Made by a program: the position numbers and the translations under genes. A stretch of DNA of 64,000 nucleotides from Rhodoplanes serenus (GTDB taxonomy: Bacteria; Pseudomonadota; Alphaproteobacteria; Rhizobiales; Xanthobacteraceae). Below the pieces are notes generated by a model. That model did not search any database. It was not told where the DNA came from and saw only the letters and a program-made list of their open reading frames with translations. The stretch is taken from NCBI GenBank assembly GCA_945861855.1, contig CAMAWG010000001.1, positions 14,985 through 78,984 on the forward strand, in the 5' to 3' direction. Below, piece after piece: positions 1-10,685 of the stretch. Within the stretch, counting starts at the first letter, position 1. Each line of letters opens with the position of its first letter.

Positions 1-72
1 ATGCGCCGAAGACATAAAGAGCGCGACGGCCGCGGCGGCCAGCGAACTCGCGAACGATCTAGAAAGCTTCAT
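1..72 (-). CDS. 5' end of a periplasmic substrate-binding protein (probably LivK/LivJ-like), truncated by the window edge
   Basis: ATG at 72 preceded by GGGAGG; translates to MKLSRSFASSLAAAAVALFMSSAH, a Sec signal peptide; lies downstream of livHMGF-like genes. Confidence 0.6.
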   Translation of the reverse strand, partial: MKLSRSFASSLAAAAVALFMSSAH

Positions 73-220
73 TGTCACAACCCTCCCACAAGAGTGAATG
101 AACGGAGAACTCAAGCGCGTCGCGTACCTGCGAACGGTGAACCCTGGTATTGCACGGTATGGTAGCGTGAATATCGGACGATTGCACCTCCATCGTTTGG
201 CCTGGATCCCGGTCCGGCCC

Positions 221-937
221 TCATGCGGCATGTTGTCCGAGATAGGTGCGCTGCACTTCGGGCATGTTCAGAAGCTCCTGACCGGATCCGCTAAGTACGA
301 TTTTGCCGCGTTCCATGACATATCCGCGATCGGCGACCTGTAGCGCCTGCCGGGCGTTCTGCTCGACGAGCAGGATGGTCTTGCCTTCCTTCTGGAGTTC
401 GCGGAGCGTGAGGAAAATCCGCGTGATGAATTTAGGGGCAAGTCCCAGCGACGGCTCATCCAGCAGGAGCAGGGTGGGCCGCGCCATCAGCGCGCGGCCG
501 ATGGCCAGCATCTGCTGTTCGCCGCCGCTCAAGGTCGCCGCCATTTGGTCCCTTCGCTCGCCGAGTATCGGAAAACGCCGATAGACGGCGTCGATATCGC
601 TGCCGATCTCGGAATCGCGGCGGGTGAAGGCCCCCATGCGCAGGTTGTCCAGCACGGTCATGCGCTTGAGGATGGCGCGGCCCTCCGGCACCTGGCTCAG
701 GCCGAGACCGACGATCTTGTGCGGCGGCCGGCGGGCGATGTTCTGGCTATCGAATTCAATCGTGCCGGCGGTGGGGCGGATCAGCCCGGATATGGTCTTC
801 AAGAGCGTCGTCTTCCCCGCGCCGTTGGCGCCGATCAGGGTGACGATCTGGCCCCGCTCGATCGTCACGCCGACGTCGTGCAGCACCTCGATCTTTCCGT
901 AGCCGGCGCGCAGGCCCTGAATCGTCAGCATCGTCAT
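221..937 (-). CDS. livF: Branched-chain amino acid-type ABC transporter ATP-binding protein
   Basis: Walker A GANGAGKTT, LSGGEQQMLAIGRALM, LLLLDEPSLGLAP. Confidence 0.93.
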   Translation of the reverse strand: MTMLTIQGLRAGYGKIEVLHDVGVTIERGQIVTLIGANGAGKTTLLKTISGLIRPTAGTIEFDSQNIARRPPHKIVGLGLSQVPEGRAILKRMTVLDNLRMGAFTRRDSEIGSDIDAVYRRFPILGERRDQMAATLSGGEQQMLAIGRALMARPTLLLLDEPSLGLAPKFITRIFLTLRELQKEGKTILLVEQNARQALQVADRGYVMERGKIVLSGSGQELLNMPEVQRTYLGQHAA

Positions 938-1729
938 AGCTGCACATCCTCGCCCAGATAGGCCTCGATCACGACGGGGTCGTCCTGGATTTGCCGGGGC
1001 GACCCCTCGGCGATTTTGGTCCCGAAGTTGAGCACCGTTACGTTGTCGGAGATGCCCATCACGAGCTTCATGTCGTGCTCGACGAGAATGATGGTGATGC
1101 CCCGGTCGCGAACGCGGGTGATGATCCGGTCAAGCTCACTCGTTTCGCGCGGGTTCATCCCCGCCGCCGGCTCGTCCAATAGCAGCAGTCGCGGCTTGGT
1201 GGCGAGCGCGCGCGCCAACTCCAACTTGCGCTGCTCGCCGTAGGGCAGGTCGGACGCCTTCTCGTCCCGCTTGCCGGCAAGCCCGAGATACTCAAGCAAT
1301 TCGATGGCGTTCGTCTGCATCTCGCGCTCCGCGACGGATTCCTGAAACGGGCGCTTCAGCACCGCATCGCCGAGCGCCTTCCACACCGAAGGATGGGCCC
1401 GGCAATGTTCGCCGATCATGACCGTCTCCATCACCGTCAGATGCGGAAACAGCCGGATGTTCTGGAAGGTGCGGGCGATTCCCTTCAGCGTGCGCCGGGA
1501 CGGGCGGGCATCGTCCACAATCTGGCCGTCGAACACGATCTTGCCGGTGTCGGCGGGCAGCACGCCGGTCAGGAGATTGAAGAACGTGGTCTTGCCGGCG
1601 CCATTCGGGCCGATCAATGCATGAATGTGGCCCTGCTGCACATCCATGTTGAGCTGGTTCAATGCGTAAAAGCCGCCGAAGCGCTTGGTCAGGCCTTCGA
1701 TCGAAAGGCAGACATGGCTCGCGGCCGGG

Positions 1730-1737
<8 letters not shown>
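934..1737 (-). CDS. livG: Branched-chain amino acid-type ABC transporter ATP-binding protein
   Basis: GPNGAGKTT, RTFQNIRLF, LPYGEQRKLELARALA, C-terminal VIEAYLG; ATGA overlap with livF. Confidence 0.93.
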
Positions 1738-2689
<952 letters not shown>

Positions 2690-2697
2690 TGGCGACG

Positions 2698-3570
2698 CTA
2701 CCTTTCTTCTGGCGTGCGTGCGCCGAACAGGCCGGTCGGCCGGTAGAGCAGGATGAGAATCAGGATCGCAAACGAGAAGAAATCCCGCTCGGTGGTGCCG
2801 ATGTAGGCCGCCGATAGAATTTCGATCAGACCGAGCAGCAGCCCGGCGATCATGGCTCCCGGCACGTTGCCGAGGCCCCCGAGCAGCATGACGATAAGGC
2901 CTTTGACCGCCGCGCTCAGCCCCATGAACGGCGAGATGCCGCTGTTCTTGATGCCATCGAGCACTCCGGCGACCCCGGCGATGCCCGACCCGATCATGAA
3001 TGTGACCAGCACCACGCGATTGACGTCGACCCCGAGCAGCGCCGCCGTTTCGTGATTTTCAGCGGTGGCGCGAATGGCGCGCCCCATCTTGGTGTGTTCG
3101 ATGAAGAACCACAGCACGACCATCAGCGAGATCGCGATGCCCAGGATGAAGATCTGGACTGAGCTGATGGTGATCGGCCCGATATGATAGAGCTCCTGCT
3201 TGATGGCCTCCGGGAACGCCACCTGCTGCCCGCCGAGCAGATAGACCGCGAGGTTCTGCAGGATGATGGTCAGCCCGATCGTGCTGATCAGCGGCGCCAG
3301 CGGGCGATCCTTGGCAACCGGGCGAACCGAGACGTAGACGGCGATGACGCCCAGCAGGGCGCAGATGATCATGGCGCCGAGCAGCGCGACGTAGATGTTC
3401 GCGCCGCCGTAGAGCACCAGATACAGCCCGGCGAAGGCGCCGATCATGAACACTTCGCCGTGCGCGAAGTAGAGCAGCTTCAGGACGCCGAAAATCAGCG
3501 TATAGCCGATGGCGATCAGGGCATAGCTCGCCCCGAGCATCAGGCCGTTGATCAACTGCTGATAGAGCAT
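2698..3570 (-). CDS. livH: Branched-chain amino acid-type ABC transporter permease
   Basis: MLYQQLINGLMLGASYALIAIGYTLIFG...FAHGE, GRAIRATAEN; start moved to ATG 3570 to match the family N-terminus. Confidence 0.9.
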   Translation of the reverse strand: MLYQQLINGLMLGASYALIAIGYTLIFGVLKLLYFAHGEVFMIGAFAGLYLVLYGGANIYVALLGAMIICALLGVIAVYVSVRPVAKDRPLAPLISTIGLTIILQNLAVYLLGGQQVAFPEAIKQELYHIGPITISSVQIFILGIAISLMVVLWFFIEHTKMGRAIRATAENHETAALLGVDVNRVVLVTFMIGSGIAGVAGVLDGIKNSGISPFMGLSAAVKGLIVMLLGGLGNVPGAMIAGLLLGLIEILSAAYIGTTERDFFSFAILILILLYRPTGLFGARTPEER

Positions 3571-3684
3571 GCGACCGTCAAACCCGAACTCATCCACACC
3601 AACGTGCAGCCCTCGCGGCTTGAACGTCGCCAACTTCCCGCATCATCGCGTCCCCAGCCACTCACCGCAACGCGCATTGTGACG

Positions 3685-4881
3685 CTAATGCGCCGCCGCC
3701 GCAAAATCCTGCATGACCCGGGAAACCGCGACGCGCGCCTTTCGCGTCGTTCCCGGCGTGTTCCTGCTGCGCCCCACGAACCGGGGGACGCCCGCGGTGA
3801 CGACCGCGCCGATGGCTGCGATGTCGCCGTGCTTGATGGCGGCCAATGCCGTCGACTGCGTGCCGCCGTCGGGCGCGTCGATCAGCACGATGTCTGCGGC
3901 CTTGCCCGGGGCGAGCAGGCCACTGTCGAGGCCATAGACCCGGGCGTTGCTGCCGGTTGCCGCGCAGATGAAGCGCTCCGGCGGCATGTCGGTGAGGCTC
4001 GCCAGATGGGCGATGGTGTAGAGCATCCCCAGCGGCATGATGCCGCTGCCGGTCGGCGTGTCGGTGGCGATGATGAAACGGTCGAAGGCATCGAGCCTGT
4101 CGGCCAGCCGCGCGCAGAGCAGCGTCGTTCGCAGGTTGCCGGCCGTGCAGACCTGCAACGCCATTTCGGATTCGCGGATGACCCGCTCGAAGTCCGCATC
4201 CGGCATCGCCGTCGGCCCGCCATTGATGTGGAAGGAGACATGCGGGTGCATCTTGAGCAGATGATCGCCGGTGATCGCGCCCGATCCCGGGATCGATGAG
4301 CCGCCGGTGTGGCACGTCGTGATGAGGCCCGCCGCCTTGGCGTCGGCCACCAGCGGGACGTAGTCGTAGGCGGTTTTCACCGCGCCGAACCCCGCCTTGG
4401 CGAGGCGAACGCCCTTCTGCGCAAGCTCAACGAAATCCGAAGCCTTGAGGCCGGGCTCCAGGATCACCGAGCCGGCAATGACGCGCATGCCGCCGGGCCG
4501 GTAATCGGCGAAGCAGCGTTGCGCGGCAACCGCAAGCGCCTTGACGCCTTCGGGGTCCTTCGGCCGCCCTGGCACATGCACCTCGGAGGCCGAGATCGCG
4601 GTCGTGGTGCCGCCATGCACGTAGCTTTCGAGATAGCCCACCGTGCGCTGGCGCGGCGTGTAGTCGCCGAAGGTGATGTGGATGTGGGAATCGATCAGGC
4701 CGGGTATCGCCGTCATGCCGCCGGCGTCGATCACGACGTCGGCGGCCTCCACCGCCTGCGCCGACGCGGTGCCGACCGAGACGATGCGCTCGCCGTCGCT
4801 GACGATCGTGTCGCCAGAAATCAGCGGATTGCGCCAGTCGCCGGAAACGATCTGACCCAGATTGACGATCGCTACCTTCAT
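3685..4881 (-). CDS. Enamidase-like amidohydrolase
   Basis: PGLIDSHIH, GDYTPRQ, PGRPKD, HTGGSSIPGS, HINGGPTA and SRNTP match my recollection of Eubacterium barkeri enamidase (Ena). Confidence 0.85.
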   Translation of the reverse strand: MKVAIVNLGQIVSGDWRNPLISGDTIVSDGERIVSVGTASAQAVEAADVVIDAGGMTAIPGLIDSHIHITFGDYTPRQRTVGYLESYVHGGTTTAISASEVHVPGRPKDPEGVKALAVAAQRCFADYRPGGMRVIAGSVILEPGLKASDFVELAQKGVRLAKAGFGAVKTAYDYVPLVADAKAAGLITTCHTGGSSIPGSGAITGDHLLKMHPHVSFHINGGPTAMPDADFERVIRESEMALQVCTAGNLRTTLLCARLADRLDAFDRFIIATDTPTGSGIMPLGMLYTIAHLASLTDMPPERFICAATGSNARVYGLDSGLLAPGKAADIVLIDAPDGGTQSTALAAIKHGDIAAIGAVVTAGVPRFVGRSRNTPGTTRKARVAVSRVMQDFAAAAH

Positions 4882-4892
4882 GCGCGCGTGAC

Positions 4893-6377
4893 CTAATGCG
4901 GTGTGGGGGAAAGCTCGTCGGCAAGATCGTAGCTTGCCATCAGGCTATCGACCATGCCGTTGGCGCCGTCCCAGTCGAAGGTGCGATAGCTGTGGCCGGT
5001 CGTCACGAAGCGCGCCCCGGCATAGAACATTTCGTACTGGGTGTGGCGCGAGCCGAACTCCGAGCCGACCGCGTCCCACGCCGCCTTGAGGAACTTGACC
5101 TTGTCCTCCGGCTTCAGCTTCGCCGAGCGCTGTGTCAGGCCGATAATCCTTTTGAGCTCCGGATCGTTAAAATCGTGGACCGAGGAGGGCAGCATGATCA
5201 GCGCGCCGCCCGCGAGATCGCGCAAGGTGTTGATGACGCGCGGATAGAGGTCCTGCGTCAGCACCTGCGCCGAATACATGAAATGCTTGTTCGGCACCCA
5301 ATATTCGCCGCGCATCGATCCTTCGGCCTCCATGCCGGCCATCATGGCCTCGACCATGCTGACATGCGCCGCGAGATAGCCGAGCTGCTCGCGGATCGGC
5401 GGCATGGCGGTGGTGCCGATCGCTTCGGTGATCTTGTGCGCGAGGCCGACCAGGAACTTGATCTTCACCGACAGCCGGATTTGCGCCTGATAGTTCTGAT
5501 AGGCATGGCCCGGCGTGTCATGGAACTGCGCGCGGCACAGGTCGGTGTCGCGATGGATGAACACCCGCTCCCATGGCACCTTCACGTCGTCGAAATACAT
5601 CAGCGCGTCGTTTTCGTCGAACCGCGACGACAGCGGGTTGTCGAACACTGAGACGGCGGATGCTTCATATGACTTGCGCGACAGGACACGCAGCCCCTTG
5701 ACGTTCATCGGCAGCGCGCAGGAGAAGGCAAGGTCCTCCTCGCCGGGCTTGAGCGGCTGCAGGTTGGCGACCAGCACCTCGTTGGCCATGATCGAGCTTG
5801 TGCCGAGCATCTTGGCGCCGCGGATGGTGATGCCGCTCGCGTCCTCGTCGACGATGCGCGCGACCAGATCCTCGTCCTGCGAGCCCCAGTCCTTGCCGCG
5901 CTCCGCCTGCGGATTGATGATCACGTAGGTGAGGAAATAGTCGTTGCGGGTGGCCTCTTCGAAATAGTTCTCGAACGCCTTGGCGCGAGCCTCGCCGTCC
6001 TTTTGCTTGCGGAAAACCTCGCTGCCCATGCGCTGGCCGACCAGCGCCGACGCCAGATGATCGGGCGAGCGGCCCATGAAGCCGTAGTGCTGCGCGGCCC
6101 AGGCCTGCAGCGCCTTCCGGCGCTGCACCATCTCCGTGTAGTTACGCGGCATCTGCCAGGCGCGGTTGACCCGGCGGTTCGAGCCCTCGGGCTTGAACGT
6201 CATCATCTCGATGTTTTCCGGCTTCGCCTGGAAGTCGTAGAGCATCCCGGTGGACTTGATCGATTTCTCGAACGCCGGGTGCACCGTGACGTCGGGAACA
6301 AGCTTGCCGTCGATGTAGACCGTCCGGCCGTCCCTGAGGGACTTGATGTGCTCCGCGCCGGTCTTGCAGGTCGTCAT
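4893..6377 (-). CDS. HpaB-family two-component flavin-dependent monooxygenase, oxygenase subunit
   Basis: SLRDGRTVYIDG, GRSPDH, INPQAER, GAKMLGT, PLSSRFDEND, SEFGSRHTQYEMFYAG; lacks the Fe-S Cys motifs of AbfD. Confidence 0.85.
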   Translation of the reverse strand: MTTCKTGAEHIKSLRDGRTVYIDGKLVPDVTVHPAFEKSIKSTGMLYDFQAKPENIEMMTFKPEGSNRRVNRAWQMPRNYTEMVQRRKALQAWAAQHYGFMGRSPDHLASALVGQRMGSEVFRKQKDGEARAKAFENYFEEATRNDYFLTYVIINPQAERGKDWGSQDEDLVARIVDEDASGITIRGAKMLGTSSIMANEVLVANLQPLKPGEEDLAFSCALPMNVKGLRVLSRKSYEASAVSVFDNPLSSRFDENDALMYFDDVKVPWERVFIHRDTDLCRAQFHDTPGHAYQNYQAQIRLSVKIKFLVGLAHKITEAIGTTAMPPIREQLGYLAAHVSMVEAMMAGMEAEGSMRGEYWVPNKHFMYSAQVLTQDLYPRVINTLRDLAGGALIMLPSSVHDFNDPELKRIIGLTQRSAKLKPEDKVKFLKAAWDAVGSEFGSRHTQYEMFYAGARFVTTGHSYRTFDWDGANGMVDSLMASYDLADELSPTPH

Positions 6378-6403
6378 GGTCGGCTCCTTGCTCGTCCGTT
6401 GTT

Positions 6404-6976
6404 TCAGACCAGCCCGTCGATGCCCTTGATCTCACTTGCCGCCAGTCCGCCGACGCGATGGTTCGGGCGGCCGCGGCTGGCATAGGCGCAGATCACCGCA
6501 ATCTCGTTCGGCAGCGGTGCGTCGGGGATCGTGATGGTGATGCCGTCGTAGTGCGAGCGCACATAGAGCGCGTCCTTGTGCGCCAGCGGAATGTCGATCG
6601 TAGAGCCCGGCACGGCGCGCTTGGTGAACGAGGAAATCCACGCCTTGCCGCCGCCCGCCGCGTCGCGCATCACGTTGCCGAACACGGTGGTGAGCAGCGA
6701 GACGCCGTGCTCTTGTTCGCCGTTGATGCCGATGATTGCGGCCTTGCCGTAGCTTTCCGGTTTGTGGGGCGCCAGCATCGACACCGCGAGATTGCAGATG
6801 GTCCGGCCGATCTGCTCGCTCGCTTTGGTCAGCGCGCTGAGATCGCGTTCGAAGCGCCCGGCAAAGGGATTGTCGATGATCGCGACCACCGCGACCTTGC
6901 GGAGCGGCGGGTCGATTTTCTGCCCCGCTTCCATTCCGACTTCGTCGAAAAATGTCAGCGTGCGCTTGATCTGCAT
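6404..6976 (-). CDS. DUF1185 / amino acid synthesis family protein
   Basis: NPFAGR, SYGKAAIIG, GEQEHG, IPLAHKDALYVRSHYD, DAPLPNEI; GGGAGG RBS before ATG 6976. Confidence 0.85.
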   Translation of the reverse strand: MQIKRTLTFFDEVGMEAGQKIDPPLRKVAVVAIIDNPFAGRFERDLSALTKASEQIGRTICNLAVSMLAPHKPESYGKAAIIGINGEQEHGVSLLTTVFGNVMRDAAGGGKAWISSFTKRAVPGSTIDIPLAHKDALYVRSHYDGITITIPDAPLPNEIAVICAYASRGRPNHRVGGLAASEIKGIDGLV

Positions 6977-7009
6977 CGCCACCCTCCCGCGGTCTGCTGC
7001 CGCCGAGGC

Positions 7010-7070
7010 TTCATAATTACCTAACAGGGTTAGCTATTCAAGCTCGCTAACTCATGTTATTTTCGTCCGC
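7010..7070. promoter_or_regulatory. Divergent promoter region with candidate MarR operators
   Basis: AT-rich gap with CTAAC-agg-GTTAG (7021-7033) and TAAC-tcat-GTTA (~7048-7059); TATTTT ends 7 nt before the MarR ATG and no RBS is visible, so the mRNA may be leaderless. Confidence 0.45.
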
Positions 7071-7652
7071 ATGAACCGACCCCAAAGACGGGCAACGCCG
7101 CCGGCCCGAAAGCCCACCCCGGACAAGGGCCTGCCGCTGACCACCTCGCGGGCGGAGTTGCTGTCCAGCGGCCGTGACCGGCAGTTCCGCCATTTGGTGC
7201 ACGCGCTGTTCGGCTTTGCGGCCCATCACGAGCGCATCCGCAGCGGTCATGCGCGGGTGATCGGCCTCGCCGGCATCGAATACACCGTCCTGATCGCGAT
7301 CGCGCACCTGTCGCAGGACGGGGACGTCAATGTGAAGACCGTCGCCGACCATCTCTACTTCTCCGGCGCGTTCATCACCTCGGTCGTCAAGCGCCTGCTG
7401 CGGCTCGGCCTGATCCACAAGGAGGCGGATCCCGGGGATCGCCGGCGGGTGACGCTGACGGTGTCCGACAAGGGCCGCGCCGCGCTGGAGCGGCTCGGAC
7501 CTATCCAGCGGCGGGTGAACGACGTGGAATTCGGCGATATCACCCGCCAGGAGTTCGAGGTCCTGACCGGCCTTGTCGACCGTCTGATCGACAGCGGCGC
7601 CCGCGCCGTGGCGCTGCAGAACTACCTGCTGTCGGAACTTGAAGCCAAATAG
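7071..7652 (+). CDS. MarR-family transcriptional regulator
   Basis: wHTH with DPGDRRRVTLTVSDKG wing motif. Confidence 0.88.
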   Translation: MNRPQRRATPPARKPTPDKGLPLTTSRAELLSSGRDRQFRHLVHALFGFAAHHERIRSGHARVIGLAGIEYTVLIAIAHLSQDGDVNVKTVADHLYFSGAFITSVVKRLLRLGLIHKEADPGDRRRVTLTVSDKGRAALERLGPIQRRVNDVEFGDITRQEFEVLTGLVDRLIDSGARAVALQNYLLSELEAK

Positions 7653-7707
7653 CCGATCGGGTCGTATGATCGGAGGCTGGGCGATACCAGCTCAAGGAGA
7701 TCGCGTC

Positions 7708-9195
7708 ATGAACAGCGCCGAGGCGCTCTGGGCCGACTTCGCAACGCCGATCGTGACGGCCGACGACTACATGAATTCCTTGCGCGGCCGCGGCATGAAC
7801 GTGTTCTTCATGGGCGAGCGGGTGCCGGAGCCGGTCGATCATCCGGTGATGCGGCCCTCGGCCAATGCCATGGCCGAGACCTACCGGATTGCATCGGAGC
7901 GGCCGGAGTTTGCGACTGCGCGATCGGACATCGCCGGGATCGCGGTCAACCGCTTCCTGCACGTGCCAACGAGCCCGGACGACCTCGTCGCCAAGCACGA
8001 GATGCAGCGGGAGCTCGGCCGCCGCACCGGTACCTGCTTTCAGCGCTGCGTCGGTCTCGACGCCATCGGCACCTGCCATTCGGTGACGTTCGACATCGAC
8101 GGCAAGGCCGGCACGTCCTATCACCAGCGCTTTCTCGCCTTCCTTCGCCGGGCGCAGGCCGCGAACGTCGTGATCGGCGGCGCGATGACCGACCCGAAGG
8201 GCGACCGTTCCAAGGCGCCGCACCAGCAGTCCGATCCCGACCTGTTCCTGCATGTGGTCCGGCGCGACGACAAGGGCATCTATGTGTCGGGCGCCAAGAT
8301 GCACCAGACCGGGGCGGTCAATTCGCACTGGCTGATCTTCATGCCGACCATGCGCATGACCGAGGCCGATCGCGACTGGTCGGTGGTCGGCGCCGTGCGC
8401 GTCGACGCGCCGGGCCTTACCTATGTCGTCGGCCGCCAGACCAACGACACGCGCATCGTCGACGGCGGCACGATGGATGCCGGCAATGCCCAGTTCGCGG
8501 GCCAGGAGGCGCTGATCGTCTTTGAAAACGTCTTCGTGCCGCACGAGCACGTCTTCATGGATGGCGAATGGGCTTATGCGACGTCGCTGGTCGAGCGGTT
8601 CACGACCTATCACCGCTCGTCCTATGTCTGCAAAACCGGGCTGGGCGACGTTCTGATCGGCGCCGCGGCTTCAGCCGCCGAGCACAACGGCGTGGAAGCC
8701 GCATCGCATATCAAGGACAAGCTCGTGGAGATGACGCATCTCAACGAGACCATCTACTCAAGCTGCATGGCGGCCGCCCACCAGTCGAAGAAGGTGGCGT
8801 CCGGGGCCTATATCAACGACGAGATGCTGTCCAACGTGGCCAAGCACAACGTGACGCGATTTCCGTTCGAGATCGCGCGGCTGGCCCAGGACATTGCGGG
8901 CGGGCTAATCGTCACCATGCCGTCGGAGAAGGACCTGCAGCACAACGAGGTCGGCCCCCTGATCCGGAAATTCCTGCAGGGCCGCGACGGCGTCGAGGTC
9001 ACCGACCGCATGCGCATCCTGCGGTTGATCGAAAACATGACAATCGGTCGGAACGCGGTCGGCTATCTGACGGAAAGCCTGCACGGCGCGGGCTCCCCGC
9101 AGGCCCAGCGCATCCAGATCGCGCGCGGGATGAAGATCGAAGACAAGAAGGCGCGGGCGCGTCATCTGGCCGGGGTGAGCGAGCGGGCCAAATAG
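7708..9195 (+). CDS. abfD: 4-hydroxybutyryl-CoA dehydratase / vinylacetyl-CoA isomerase ([4Fe-4S], FAD)
   Basis: CFQRCVGLD (Cys pair), GAMTDPKGDR, GAKMHQTG, GQEAL, YHRSSYVCK (His/Tyr/Cys), ESLHGAGSPQAQR; AAGGAGA RBS before ATG 7708. Confidence 0.88.
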   Translation: MNSAEALWADFATPIVTADDYMNSLRGRGMNVFFMGERVPEPVDHPVMRPSANAMAETYRIASERPEFATARSDIAGIAVNRFLHVPTSPDDLVAKHEMQRELGRRTGTCFQRCVGLDAIGTCHSVTFDIDGKAGTSYHQRFLAFLRRAQAANVVIGGAMTDPKGDRSKAPHQQSDPDLFLHVVRRDDKGIYVSGAKMHQTGAVNSHWLIFMPTMRMTEADRDWSVVGAVRVDAPGLTYVVGRQTNDTRIVDGGTMDAGNAQFAGQEALIVFENVFVPHEHVFMDGEWAYATSLVERFTTYHRSSYVCKTGLGDVLIGAAASAAEHNGVEAASHIKDKLVEMTHLNETIYSSCMAAAHQSKKVASGAYINDEMLSNVAKHNVTRFPFEIARLAQDIAGGLIVTMPSEKDLQHNEVGPLIRKFLQGRDGVEVTDRMRILRLIENMTIGRNAVGYLTESLHGAGSPQAQRIQIARGMKIEDKKARARHLAGVSERAK

Positions 9196-9231
9196 GCGGA
9201 CGTCACGCGGGGCGGCGGCTCACGCTCACCC

Positions 9232-9828
9232 CTACGCCTGTCCGGTCCGCCCGTTCCTTGAGCGCGTTTTCTCGAACGCTTTTTCGACGGCCGCCGGCTC
9301 TTCATCGCTTGCCAGGAAGCGGACCAATTCCTGCTCCATGGCGCGAATTTGGGCGACCTTGATTCGAAGCGCAAGCAACTGGAATCGCCGGGCTTCGTGC
9401 TTGCGGCCCGGATGCGCGTTGACGCGTGCCTCGGTCCTCTCCATGAACGCACGCTCTTGGCCTATGCGCTCGAGATAGGCCTTGATCTCGCGCTTGATGG
9501 AATTCCTGCTCGCGAAATTGCCGAAGAAAATCCGCAACAGAACCTCATCCCGCGTCACCGAAGTGCGAATGGGCTTGCTCATGAACTCCTTGAGCGCCGC
9601 ATGGCCGCTTGCAGTGATCGTGTGAATCTGTTTGTCGGGCTTTCCGGTTTGCGCAAGCGACTTGCTGACGATGTAGCCTTCGCCCCGCAGGCTGTGCAGC
9701 GTGTTGTAGATTTGCGGACCGGTTGCGTTCCAGATGAAATAGGTCGAGCGGTTGATCGCCCGCTTGAGGTCGTATCCCGACGCCGGTTCGACGGCGAGCA
9801 AGCCAAGGAGTGCAAATCGGAGCGACAT
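9232..9828 (-). CDS. PadR-family transcriptional regulator
   Basis: MSLRFALLGLL...SGYDL...WNATGPQIY...KPDKQIHTITASG. Confidence 0.88.
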   Translation of the reverse strand: MSLRFALLGLLAVEPASGYDLKRAINRSTYFIWNATGPQIYNTLHSLRGEGYIVSKSLAQTGKPDKQIHTITASGHAALKEFMSKPIRTSVTRDEVLLRIFFGNFASRNSIKREIKAYLERIGQERAFMERTEARVNAHPGRKHEARRFQLLALRIKVAQIRAMEQELVRFLASDEEPAAVEKAFEKTRSRNGRTGQA

Positions 9829-9863
9829 GCTACTGGGAACCTGCCGGATTGATCGCGCGCTGC

Positions 9864-10625
9864 TCAGTCATAGGCATCGAGCCCTTTGCGCAGGCCGTCC
9901 CACTGCCGGGCGTCGTGGCTGCACAGGATTGTGGCGCCCGAAGCTTCAATGCGACGGACCTCGTCCAGCGACCTTGCCAGGGCTTCTGCGTTCCAAGTGT
10001 TGCGCGGGATGATGCCGGTGTCGAGGGTCTCGCGCAGGCTGACGGTGTCGCCGGCGAGCAGGAATGGGCCGCTCCGGTCGAGTTGGGCCAGCGCGCCGAT
10101 CGAGCCTGGCGTGTGGCCGGGCAGCGGCAGGAGCACGATCCGGCCGTCGCCGAACACATCGCGCTGGCTCGTGATCGCGTCGACCGGCATCGGCTGATCC
10201 CATTCGGCGGCGAGATAGCCGCGGGCCTCGCTGTCGGGCGCGCGGGCGGCGGCCAGCTCCTCCGCATGGCAGATGAAGGTCGCCTTGCGGAAGTACGCGT
10301 TGCAGCCGCAGTGGTCGGGATGCAGGTGGGAGTTGATCACTACGTCGATGTCGTCGGGCTTCAGCCCCACTTCGGCAAGGCCCGTCAGCACATGCTCGCC
10401 GGGCTGCATGATCGGAACCATCAGCTTGGCCAGCCCGCCCCACCGGCCCTCCGGGTTCTCCGGCACAGCGGGATGGCAGCCGGTGTCGAACAGCACATTG
10501 GCCTGACCGTGGCGCAGCAGCGCGCTCGACACCGGAAGCTCGATCGTGTCACTGCGCTCGGCGGAGGGGATGAAAATGCTCTTGCGCATCTTCAGGCGGC
10601 CGCAGGACAGAAGATGCATGTTCAT
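9864..10625 (-). CDS. N-acyl-homoserine lactonase family (AiiA/AttM-like) MBL-fold hydrolase
   Basis: LFDTG, SHLHPDHCG (HxHxDH), DVFGDG, PGHTPGS, LAGD, CSHD. Confidence 0.85.
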   Translation of the reverse strand: MNMHLLSCGRLKMRKSIFIPSAERSDTIELPVSSALLRHGQANVLFDTGCHPAVPENPEGRWGGLAKLMVPIMQPGEHVLTGLAEVGLKPDDIDVVINSHLHPDHCGCNAYFRKATFICHAEELAAARAPDSEARGYLAAEWDQPMPVDAITSQRDVFGDGRIVLLPLPGHTPGSIGALAQLDRSGPFLLAGDTVSLRETLDTGIIPRNTWNAEALARSLDEVRRIEASGATILCSHDARQWDGLRKGLDAYD

Positions 10626-10685
10626 GGCGCTTCAACGATTTCAGCGGGCGGCGATGCCGTCAAGCGCAGGCGCGCATGGCAGCCG

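Noticed and set aside
7708-9195. Autotrophic hydroxypropionate/hydroxybutyrate carbon fixation
   Set aside because: No other cycle enzymes are in the window and the context is catabolic.
9864-10625. Beta-lactamase or dedicated quorum-quenching system
   Set aside because: There is no signal peptide and no luxI/luxR nearby. The catabolic context favours a metabolic lactonase.
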